From: Salinigranum sp.
GTDB lineage: Archaea > Halobacteriota > Halobacteria > Halobacteriales > Haloferacaceae
NCBI GenBank assembly: GCA_041641795.1
Contig: JBEPXT010000041.1
Coordinates: 1-23,738, forward strand
Direction: 5' to 3'
DNA length: 23,738 bases
Notes under the pieces: generated by a model
Databases searched by the model: none
What the model saw: only the letters and a program-made list of their open reading frames with translations
Told to the model about the DNA's origin: nothing
Program-made: the position numbers and the translations under genes
Shown: positions 8,115 through 15,513 of the stretch, piece after piece
Layout: each line of letters starts with the position of its first letter
Numbering within the stretch: position 1 is the first letter of the stretch

Positions 8115-9872
8115 TTAGCTCCAGGGACCGGACCGCATCGCCAGCAACCCGGCGAGAGCGAGCGCGAGAAGTGGGACGAGCGGCGAGAGCGGTGCCTTCG
8201 TCTTCGACACCGGCGTCAGCGGCGTCTCCGTTCGGACCGGCACCGACGGCGAGGCGGCGGACGCAGGGGTCCCAGTGGCTGCCGTCGCCGGCGTCGTCGG
8301 GGCCGGCGAGGCGTCTGCCGTCACCGGCGGCGCCGTCACCGTCTGCTGGACCGTCACCGTCGCCGTATCCGCGATGCGGGTGCCCGTGCCGTTCGGGGTG
8401 TAGGGGGCGTCCCGTCCGGGTTCGAACGTCCGGTCGTCGTCCCGGTCCATGACGGCGACGGCGGTGAGTTCGCTCGTCCGACCCAGCCGCGGGTCGAGGG
8501 CGAGGGTCAGGTTCTCGTGGGTGCCGGGTTCCAGGTAGCCAGAGACGCCGCGCGTCGTCCCCGACGAGTCTTCCAGGCGAACGAAACCGCCGAGGCCGAG
8601 CGTTGCGCGCCGAACCGTGACCCGGTCGGCCCCCGCCTGGTCGCGGAACCGCACCGAGGCCCGCTCGTCGGTCACGCGGACCGTCTCGACGGACTCCTCG
8701 CGGTAGCCCTGCACCCAGACCGGGAACGAACTGTTCCGAGGGACGTCCGCCAGGTCGAAGGTGGTCTCGAAGGTCCCGTTGGGCGAGACGGTGACGGCGT
8801 TGCGCTTCAGGAACGCCCGCGGTTCCGTCGCGCGCCCCCGGACGTCCAGCGTCGTGCCCGGAGCGAGGTTCGTCTCGCCGGTCACGGTCAGCGTCCGGGG
8901 CTCCCAGGGGTAGACGGTGAACCCGTCGGGAGCGTCCAGGTCGACGTCGGGTTCGCTCAGCGTCACCGTCGTGGACGCCAGCGTCACCCGGTCGTCGACC
9001 AGGTCGTTGTGCCTGGGATTCAGCGAGAGGGTCACGTGGTACCGGGTCCGCTCCTCGAACGGGAGGCTGGTCGTGTCCCAGACGACCCAGACGCGGTCGT
9101 TCGGGAAGTCGGTGAACACCGAGACGTTATCGCCGGGGACGAACCGGTGGGGGTCGCTGTTCAGGCCCGGGTCCGCCTCGACGAACGACAGTTCGATGCC
9201 CTCGGCCGCCGCCCCGCCCGAGAGGTCCGCGGGGTCGAGCGCCGTCTCGAGTCCGCGCTCGTCCACCCGGAGGACGACGAGGTCACCCCGCGCAGCGCGG
9301 GAACCGGGTTCGAGGCCGTCGGCGTCGACGGATTCGACGGTGTCGAGGTCGGCGGCCGGTCGGACGTACGAGCGAATCGTCGTCTCGGGCGGTTCCTCGA
9401 CGACGACGGTCCCGAGGTCCTGTTCGACGCCGTCGATGGTGACGTTCATCACGTAGCGCGTCGGCGCGAGCGGGCGCGCCAGCGGCAGGGTGTGGAGGGT
9501 GGCGTTGCCGCCGGTGACGTACGTCTCGGGCTGTCCGGTCGAGTTGTACGTGTCGATAGTGATTCGGTCCTTCCCGCTTCCCGAGAGCGCGACTTCGAGG
9601 TGGTACCCCGAGCCCTCGCCCCCGAGGTGGAAGCGGGCGGGTTCCGAGTGGACCACGGTGACCGTGAGCAGGTCCCCCCGCTCGACGCGAATCTCGTCGT
9701 CCGAGAAGGCGGCGGACGAACTCGAGGACGTCGCCGGGGCGACGCCATCGCCTCCGGGAGAGCCGACTGCGAGGACGGACTCGCCGGCAGCGGCGGCCGG
9801 ACCCGAGACGGCGGCGGAGGCGACGACGAGGGCGAGGACGAGAATCGCCCGGATGGGGGTCCATCGGGACAT
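8115..9872 (-). CDS. Secreted cell-surface glycoprotein candidate with an N-terminal signal peptide, many N-glycosylation sequons, a Thr/Pro/Ala-rich linker, and a C-terminal TM anchor resembling but not matching PGF-CTERM
   Basis: Taking the start at MSRWTPIRAILVLALVVASAAVSGPAAAAG gives a signal peptide. The upstream in-frame Met at 9926 would lie inside or upstream of the TATA box. There are at least 10 NxS/T sequons (NST, NAT, NVT, NVS, NGT, NSS, NLT, ...). The linker QTVTAPPVTADASPAPTTPATAATGTPASAASPSVPVRTETPLTPVSKTK precedes the hydrophobic tail APLSPLVPLLALALAGLLAMRSGPWS. Confidence 0.65.
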   Translation of the reverse strand: MSRWTPIRAILVLALVVASAAVSGPAAAAGESVLAVGSPGGDGVAPATSSSSSAAFSDDEIRVERGDLLTVTVVHSEPARFHLGGEGSGYHLEVALSGSGKDRITIDTYNSTGQPETYVTGGNATLHTLPLARPLAPTRYVMNVTIDGVEQDLGTVVVEEPPETTIRSYVRPAADLDTVESVDADGLEPGSRAARGDLVVLRVDERGLETALDPADLSGGAAAEGIELSFVEADPGLNSDPHRFVPGDNVSVFTDFPNDRVWVVWDTTSLPFEERTRYHVTLSLNPRHNDLVDDRVTLASTTVTLSEPDVDLDAPDGFTVYPWEPRTLTVTGETNLAPGTTLDVRGRATEPRAFLKRNAVTVSPNGTFETTFDLADVPRNSSFPVWVQGYREESVETVRVTDERASVRFRDQAGADRVTVRRATLGLGGFVRLEDSSGTTRGVSGYLEPGTHENLTLALDPRLGRTSELTAVAVMDRDDDRTFEPGRDAPYTPNGTGTRIADTATVTVQQTVTAPPVTADASPAPTTPATAATGTPASAASPSVPVRTETPLTPVSKTKAPLSPLVPLLALALAGLLAMRSGPWS

Positions 9873-9905
9873 AGTGGTCGGTTGGAGGAGGGTTCCCGGT
9901 CGGGG

Positions 9906-9915
9906 TACATAAGTT
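9906..9915 (-). promoter_or_regulatory. TATA-like box (AACTTATGTA on the minus strand) 34-43 bp upstream of the surface-glycoprotein ATG
   Basis: The plus-strand sequence tacataagtt at 9906-9915. This position favours 9872 over 9926 as the start and implies a short 5' UTR of about 10 nt. Confidence 0.35.
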
Positions 9916-10002
9916 ACGTCTCGCAATTCTCAGAACCGATAACGAAACGGGCGCAGTCCCCCGTTCGTGCCACCGCTCGGTCGCGTGTCGCTCCCTGCCG
10001 GC

Positions 10003-10090
10003 GGCGGGACTCTCGACTGGTGGGCGACTTTCGGCTGGTAACGGCGGGACTCTGGACTGGTGTGTGACCCTCGGCCGGCGGCGGGCTCCC
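10003..10090. repeat. Imperfect tandem direct repeat of about 40 bp (two full copies plus a partial third) in the intergenic region upstream of the glycoprotein promoter
   Basis: Copy A at 10003-10040 is ggcgggactctcgactggtgggcgactttcggctggta. Copy B at 10043-10078 is ggcgggactctggactggtgtgtgaccctcggccgg. A partial copy ggcgggctcccggctcgtgg starts at 10079. Confidence 0.6.
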
Positions 10091-10137
10091 GGCTCGTGGG
10101 GGTGGATGTCCGACGCCCGACAGAATCGGGCGGGCGG

Positions 10138-10326
10138 TTACAGCGAAAACGCGGTCGAGAGGATGGCGACGGCGGAGACGACGCCGAGCAGCACGAAGAG
10201 GACGTTTTCGAGCGACGGCGACCCCGGTTCGAGCGGTTGCGCCGTCGGGTCGAAGGCGTCCTCCCCGTCGTCGTCTCCGGGTATCCAGCCGTCGTCTGAC
10301 TCCTCGGCGGGAGGGGCGTCCTGCAT
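10138..10326 (-). CDS. Small (62 aa) acidic protein with a C-terminal TM helix, 31 bp downstream of pyk
   Basis: The product is MQDAPPAEESDDGWIPGDDDGEDAFDPTAQPLEPGSPSLENVLFVLLGVVSAVAILSTAFSL. Codon usage is GC3-biased and the protein is acidic. No homology is recognised. Confidence 0.35.
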   Translation of the reverse strand: MQDAPPAEESDDGWIPGDDDGEDAFDPTAQPLEPGSPSLENVLFVLLGVVSAVAILSTAFSL

Positions 10327-10357
10327 ACGACCGCGTAAGGGGTCGCCGGTGAAAGGA

Positions 10358-12154
10358 TTACCGCCGCGGGGAGATGGGTTCGACTACGTCCTCGTCAGCC
10401 GAGATGATGTTTCCCTCGTAGACGATACCCCGCTCGGAGTGCAGCGTGACCTCGGACCCGTCCTCGAGTTCGTCCGGGAGCGGCGCCCCGCTTATCATGG
10501 GGATGTCGAGTTCGCGGGCCACGAGCGCCGCGTACCCGGTCATCCCGGGACGGGCGTCGACGATGCCGGCGAGCTTCGCGGCGTCGCCGGTGAACTCCTC
10601 GTCGAACTCCGGCGGCAACACGAGGATGGCCCCCTCGGGGACCGTCGAGAGGTCGCCGTCCCGACATCGGTGAATCGGACCGGCGACGCGCCCGCCGACC
10701 ACCTTGCGGCCGGTGGCGACGGCCTCGGCCGCGACGTGGACCTTCAGCATGTTCGTCGAGTGGCTCCCCTCGAGTTCGGTCATCATCCCCGACAGGACGA
10801 CGATGGTGTCGCCGCTCCGGGCGACGTCCGCCTCGAGGGCCGCCGAGACGGCGTCGTCCATGATGTCCTCGACGTTCTCGCGGTACTGCGCGTAGACGGG
10901 CTTGATTCCCCACGAGAGACCGAGCTGGCGGCGCACGCGGTCGTTCGGCGTGATGGTCACGATGGGCTCGCTCGGGCGGAACTTCGCCGTCTTCCGCGCG
11001 GTGTAGCCCGACTCGCTGGCGGCGACGATGGCGGCGGCGTTCGTGTCCGAGGCCAGATAGCGGGCGGCGTGCGAGAGCGCCTCGGTCCGCGAGTTCTTCG
11101 TCGCGTCGGGGACGCGCCCCTCGACCGTCTCGCGGTACTCGTCGGTCGACTCCACCTCGCGGACGATGCGGGCCATGGTTTCGACCACGCGCGTGGGGTG
11201 GTCGCCGATGGCCGTCTCCCCCGAGAGCATGACGGCGTCGGTGCCGTCGAGGACCGCGTTCGCCACGTCGGAGGCCTCGGCCCGCGTGGGGCGGCGCGAC
11301 CTGACCATGGAGTCGAGCATCTCCGTGGCGGTGATGACCGGAACGCCGGCCTCCTGGGCCTTGCGGATGATGCGCTTCTGGACCACCGGCACGTCCTCCA
11401 GGGGCATCTCGACGCCCAGGTCGCCCCTGGCGACCATCACGCCGAAGGCGGCGTCGATAATCTCGTCGAGGTTCTCGACGGCGCCGACGCGTTCGATTTT
11501 CGCGATGATGGGAATCTCCGCGCCGTACTCCTCGAGCGTGTCGCTGATCTCGTAGATGTCGTCGGCGTCGCGGACGAAGCTCGCGGCGACGAACTCGGCG
11601 TTTTTCTCGGCTGCGACCTTGAGTTCCTCGTGGTCGCCCTCGGTGATGAGTTCGATGTCGAGGTCGACCCCGGGAACGTTGACCCCTTTCCGTGCGGGGA
11701 GTTCGCCGCCCGACTCGATGTGGGCGGTCACGTCCTCGCCGTCGACCGATTCGATGGTCGCCTCGATGCGGCCGTCGTCGAGCAGGACCGTGTCGCCGAC
11801 CTCCGCGGCGCCGATGGGATAGGAGAGACCGACCTCCTCGGGGGTGGCCGTGTCGCCCTGGAAGAAGCGGACAGTCGACCCGGTCTCCAGATAGATGGGT
11901 TCGTCGATGTCGGCCGTTCGTACCTCCGGCCCCTGGAGGTCGACCATCGCCGCGACCGGGTCGTCGGTCAACTCGTCGACGGCCCGAATCCGGTCGATGA
12001 CCTCCGCACGGTGCTCCGGCGTCCCGTGGCTCGCATTCAGTCGTGCGACAGACATCCCGGCCTCCGCCAGTTCCCGAATCTGGGACTGGTCGTCGGACGC
12101 CGGACCGAGTGTGCAGACGATCTTCGCCTTCCTCATGACCGGGGAGTTGTTCAT
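10358..12154 (-). CDS. pyk: Pyruvate kinase with a C-terminal PEP-utilizing-enzyme mobile-domain extension
   Basis: The 598-aa product has the PK core motifs KIVCTLGPAS, IAKIER..A.ENLDEI, GVMVARGDLGVE, VITATEMLDSM and MLSGETA.G.HP. The C-terminal ~100 aa (...ARPGMTGYAALVARELDIPMISG...) resemble the PEP-utilizers swivel domain. Confidence 0.9.
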   Translation of the reverse strand: MNNSPVMRKAKIVCTLGPASDDQSQIRELAEAGMSVARLNASHGTPEHRAEVIDRIRAVDELTDDPVAAMVDLQGPEVRTADIDEPIYLETGSTVRFFQGDTATPEEVGLSYPIGAAEVGDTVLLDDGRIEATIESVDGEDVTAHIESGGELPARKGVNVPGVDLDIELITEGDHEELKVAAEKNAEFVAASFVRDADDIYEISDTLEEYGAEIPIIAKIERVGAVENLDEIIDAAFGVMVARGDLGVEMPLEDVPVVQKRIIRKAQEAGVPVITATEMLDSMVRSRRPTRAEASDVANAVLDGTDAVMLSGETAIGDHPTRVVETMARIVREVESTDEYRETVEGRVPDATKNSRTEALSHAARYLASDTNAAAIVAASESGYTARKTAKFRPSEPIVTITPNDRVRRQLGLSWGIKPVYAQYRENVEDIMDDAVSAALEADVARSGDTIVVLSGMMTELEGSHSTNMLKVHVAAEAVATGRKVVGGRVAGPIHRCRDGDLSTVPEGAILVLPPEFDEEFTGDAAKLAGIVDARPGMTGYAALVARELDIPMISGAPLPDELEDGSEVTLHSERGIVYEGNIISADEDVVEPISPRR

Positions 12155-12174
12155 TCACCCCCAAAAAGCCCGAG

Positions 12175-12183
12175 GATATTACC
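12175..12183 (-). promoter_or_regulatory. TATA-like box (GGTAATATC on the minus strand) about 25 bp upstream of the pyk ATG (leaderless)
   Basis: The plus-strand sequence gatattacc. Its distance to the ATG at 12154 supports the longer pyk start (MNNSPV...) over the internal Met. Confidence 0.4.
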
Positions 12184-12194
12184 GTGAACCGAGT

Positions 12195-12216
12195 AAACCC
12201 GCAAGATAGCGGGTTT
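12195..12216 (-). terminator. Hairpin (8-bp stem aaacccgc/gcgggttt, 6-nt loop) ending in UUU on the minus strand, between the metG stop and the pyk promoter; possible weak metG terminator
   Basis: The inverted repeat was seen directly in the sequence. Only a U3 tract follows it, so the terminator call is weak. Confidence 0.25.
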
Positions 12217-12376
12217 TCAGACCGGGCGTCAGGCGAGCGTGTGGCCGGTAGATTCGGGGGCGAGGGTCTGGACACGCGGGGTGTCCGCGACTCCGAAATC
12301 CGCGGCGGAAAACGAGCGGCGCACGGTCGCCGGGGCGTAATCGCAGGGGTCCGAGGCGACGACGGTCGCCGAGGCG

Positions 12377-14482
12377 TTACCGAATCTTCTCGCCGGGAAC
12401 GGCGTCGCCGTGGGTCGTCAGCAGGTCGGCCGCCTCGCCGGCGGCGAGGACCATCCCGTTGGACTCGACGCCGAACAGTTCGGCCTTCTCGAGGTTGGCG
12501 AGGACGACGACGCGCTCGCCGACCAGTTCCTCCAGGTCGTGGAGCTGTTTGATGCCGGCGACGACCTGGCGCTCTTCGACGCCGATGTCTACTTCGAGGC
12601 GGGCGAGTTTGTCGGCGCCCTCGATGGGTTCGGCGTCGAGAATGCGCCCCACGCGGATGTCCAGGTCCTGGAACGTCTCGAAGTCGATGCGGTCCGACAC
12701 CAGCGGTTCGAGGTCGGGGCGCTCGTCGGCCGCCCCGTCGGCTTCGTCGTCGGCCTCGTCCCCCGCCGCGTCGTCGGCCACCGACTCGGCGCGCGCCTCC
12801 AGTTTCTCGGCGAGTTCCTCGACGCGCTCGTCCGGAATCTTCTCGAACAGTTCCGTCGGCTCGTCGAACGACGCGGCCGGCGGTTCGAGGGCGGCCTCCA
12901 GGGTCGTCTCGTGGACCGACCCGCCGTCGGACACCTGATTCCAGAGCGCCGCGGCCTTCGCGGGGGCCACCGGCTGGAACAGCACCGCGACGGCCTTCGA
13001 GACCTGCACGCAGTCACGGATGACCTGCGCCGCCTCGTCGGGGTCCTCGTCGACGAGTTTCCACGGTTCGTTGCGCTGGATGTACTCGTTGCCGAACTGG
13101 GCGAGGCGGACCGCAGCGTTGCCGGCCTCGCGGATGGAGTAGTCGTTGACCGCCGCCCGGAACTCCGAGAGCGCCTCCTCGATGCGCTCCTCGACGTCCG
13201 GCGAGAGCGGGGCGTCCGGCGTCCCTTCGAAGTTACGGTAGGCGAACAATAGCGAGCGGTAGACGAAGTTGCCCACCGTGCCGACGAGTTCGCCGTTGAC
13301 GCGCTCCTGGAACTTCGACCACGAGAAGTCGACGTCCTGCTGGAACCCGCCGTTCGTGGCGATGTAGTACCGCAGGAGGTCCGGGTGGAACCCCTCTTCG
13401 AGGTACTCGTCGGCCCAGACGGCGCGGTTCCGACTCGTCGAGAACCCCTTGCCGCCGAGCGTGACGAACCCGCTGGCCATCACGGCCCGTGGTTCGTTGT
13501 ACCCCGCGACGCGGAGCATCGCGGGCCAGAAGACGGTGTGGTGCTGGATGATGTCGCGCCCGATGACGTGGACGATTTCGCCTCCCTGCTCCGCCGGGAG
13601 GGCGTCGCCCTCGCGCTTCCAGACCGACTCCCAGTCGTAGACGTCGCTCCCGACGCGGTCGGTGTACTGCTTCGTCGAGGAGATATACTCGATGGGCGCG
13701 TCGACCCAGACGTACAACACGAGGTCCTCGGCCTCGTCGCCGGGGTAGTCGATGCCCCAGTCCATGTCCCGGGTGATACACCAGTCCTGGAGTTCGCCCT
13801 CTATCCACTCGCGGGGCTGGTTGCGCGCGTTGGCGGTCCCCTCCAGTCGGTCGATGAACCCCTGGAGGTACTCCTGGAGGTCCGAGACCCGGAAGAAGCG
13901 GTGGGTCCGCTCGCGGTACTCGGCGGGGTTCCCCGTGACCGTCGAGACGGGGTCCTCAATCTCGCCCGGTTCGAGGTGGCGCTGGCACCCCTCGTCGCAC
14001 TCGTCGCCGCGGGCTCTGGCCCCGCAGTACGGGCAGGTCCCCTCCACGTACCGGTCCGGGAGGTACTGGTCCTCGCCGGGGTCGTAGGCGACCATGATGT
14101 CCTTCTCGTAGACGTACCCCTCCGCTTCCAGCGCCCGGACGATGTCCGTCGTGAGGTCGACGTTGGTCTGGTCGTGCGTGTGCCCGTAGTTGTCGAACTC
14201 GACGTTGAACTTCGGGAACGTCTCCTCGTAGGTCTCGTGCCAGCGGAGGGCGAACTCCTCTGGGGAGACGCCCTCCTGGTCGGCGTTGACGGCGACGGGG
14301 GTGCCGTGCATGTCCGACCCGGAGACGAACGCGGTCTGCTGGCCGAGTTTGCGAAGCGCCCGCGAGTAGACGTCGCCGCCGACGTACGTCCGAAGGTGAC
14401 CCACGTGCAGGTCGCCGTTGGCGTAGGGCAACCCGCAGGTGACCACCGCGGGGTTGTCCGTGGGGAACTCCTCGTGGCTCAT
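12377..14482 (-). CDS. metG: Methionyl-tRNA synthetase with a C-terminal tRNA-binding (EMAP/Trbp111-like) domain
   Basis: The 701-aa product has the HIGH motif (PYANGDLHVGHL), a Zn knuckle (CPYCG...C..C), the KMSKS-equivalent KFSTSRN and the anticodon-binding region. An acidic linker is followed by the OB-fold tRNA-binding domain (...VAGIKQLHDLEELVGERVVVLANLEKAELFGVESNGMVLAAGE). Confidence 0.95.
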   Translation of the reverse strand: MSHEEFPTDNPAVVTCGLPYANGDLHVGHLRTYVGGDVYSRALRKLGQQTAFVSGSDMHGTPVAVNADQEGVSPEEFALRWHETYEETFPKFNVEFDNYGHTHDQTNVDLTTDIVRALEAEGYVYEKDIMVAYDPGEDQYLPDRYVEGTCPYCGARARGDECDEGCQRHLEPGEIEDPVSTVTGNPAEYRERTHRFFRVSDLQEYLQGFIDRLEGTANARNQPREWIEGELQDWCITRDMDWGIDYPGDEAEDLVLYVWVDAPIEYISSTKQYTDRVGSDVYDWESVWKREGDALPAEQGGEIVHVIGRDIIQHHTVFWPAMLRVAGYNEPRAVMASGFVTLGGKGFSTSRNRAVWADEYLEEGFHPDLLRYYIATNGGFQQDVDFSWSKFQERVNGELVGTVGNFVYRSLLFAYRNFEGTPDAPLSPDVEERIEEALSEFRAAVNDYSIREAGNAAVRLAQFGNEYIQRNEPWKLVDEDPDEAAQVIRDCVQVSKAVAVLFQPVAPAKAAALWNQVSDGGSVHETTLEAALEPPAASFDEPTELFEKIPDERVEELAEKLEARAESVADDAAGDEADDEADGAADERPDLEPLVSDRIDFETFQDLDIRVGRILDAEPIEGADKLARLEVDIGVEERQVVAGIKQLHDLEELVGERVVVLANLEKAELFGVESNGMVLAAGEAADLLTTHGDAVPGEKIR

Positions 14483-14650
14483 GTGTGTGTGCCATACCTG
14501 TATCCGGACCTAAAGCCCGCCGGTTTCCGGCCGTCTTCGCGGGTGAACTGCCGGGCCGGACTAGCCGTGCCCGACCACACCCAGGCCGGACCAACGCCGG
14601 ACCAGGACAGGAACGAGAGCGGGTCGTGACAGGCCGGTCGAAGTCGCGTG

Positions 14651-15373
14651 TTACGCCTCGGAGAGTTCGGCGTGCGCGTCCCGGACGCCCTCGACGGTCT
14701 CCCGGACCGCGTCGACGCCCTCGTCGTGTAGGAGGTCCCCGACCACGATTACGTCCGCGTTGGCGCCCATCTCGTAGGCCGTGTCGTAGTCGTGGATACC
14801 CCCGCCGTAGAACAGGGTCGACTCCTTCAGGCGGTCGGACGCCGCGGCCACGGTGTCCGGGTCGCCGAAGGTGCCCGAGTACTCGACGTAGACGATTTCC
14901 TGTCCGAACATCCGCTCTGCGACCTGGGCGTAGGAGGCGACCTCGTCGGGGGAGAGGTCGCAGTCGGCGTCGGTGTACTCCGCGACGGCCGAGTCGGGGT
15001 TCAGGACGATGTACGCCTCGGTGTGGGTCCGGTCCCAGTCCATCCCGTCGGCGACGCGGACCCACTCCTTGTGGGCGCCCGTAATCCAGAACGGGTCGCC
15101 GGCGTTGAACACGGTGGGGATGAGGTAGCCGTCGAGGGCGTCGTCGTCGATGACCACGGCCGGGTTGGAGGGTTCCTGGTAGAGGGGCACGTCGTAGCGC
15201 GCGCAGGCCTCGACCACCTCGCTGATGTTCTCGCTGGTCATGCCGGTCGTTCCCCCGATTTCGAGGGCGTCGGTCCCGGTCTGACAGACGTCGGCGTACG
15301 ATTCTCCCTCGACGAGGTCCTTGTCGGGGTCCACCTTGAGGATGTGGTCCCAGTCTTCCCACGGAGCCGTCAT
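14651..15373 (-). CDS. Geranylgeranylglyceryl phosphate synthase (GGGPS, PcrB family), archaeal ether-lipid biosynthesis
   Basis: The 240-aa product from the ATG at 15371-15373 reads [20 protein letters not shown]...IEIGGTTG...YQEPSNP...LNPDS...[11 protein letters not shown]...FYGGGI, with the hallmark hxKxDPDK motif. The six-frame ORF 14651-16009 carries a spurious Arg-rich 5' extension. Confidence 0.85.
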   Translation of the reverse strand: MTAPWEDWDHILKVDPDKDLVEGESYADVCQTGTDALEIGGTTGMTSENISEVVEACARYDVPLYQEPSNPAVVIDDDALDGYLIPTVFNAGDPFWITGAHKEWVRVADGMDWDRTHTEAYIVLNPDSAVAEYTDADCDLSPDEVASYAQVAERMFGQEIVYVEYSGTFGDPDTVAAASDRLKESTLFYGGGIHDYDTAYEMGANADVIVVGDLLHDEGVDAVRETVEGVRDAHAELSEA

Positions 15374-15513
15374 TACCCGTGGTATCCGGAACGAACTACA
15401 AAAAGCGAACGGATGGCCGCGGACCCCGGAAGCGCGTTCGTCCGGCGTCAGCACCGTCGTTTGGCCGCGTGTCGGCCGGTTCCGCCCGACGAGGGGTCGT
15501 GGCGGGCGGGCGC

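Noticed and set aside
6646-8118. 490-aa + strand ORF and 458-aa minus-strand ORF (6674-8050) overlapping the RE-like/DUF4352 gene
   Set aside because: The products are Arg/Gly/Pro-rich and basic with no domain features. The 6745-8040 frame gives a coherent domain, TM helix, domain architecture and has an SD sequence.
8094-12275. Long + strand ORFs (8094-10067, 10064-12187) and the minus-strand alternative-frame ORF 10395-12275
   Set aside because: They are antisense or wrong-frame overlaps of the glycoprotein and pyk genes. Their Arg-rich composition is implausible for a haloarchaeal protein.
13385-15362. ORFs 13385-14629 (+) and 13956-15362 (-)
   Set aside because: They overlap metG and GGGPS in the wrong frame or strand, and the products are Arg/Pro/Gly-rich.
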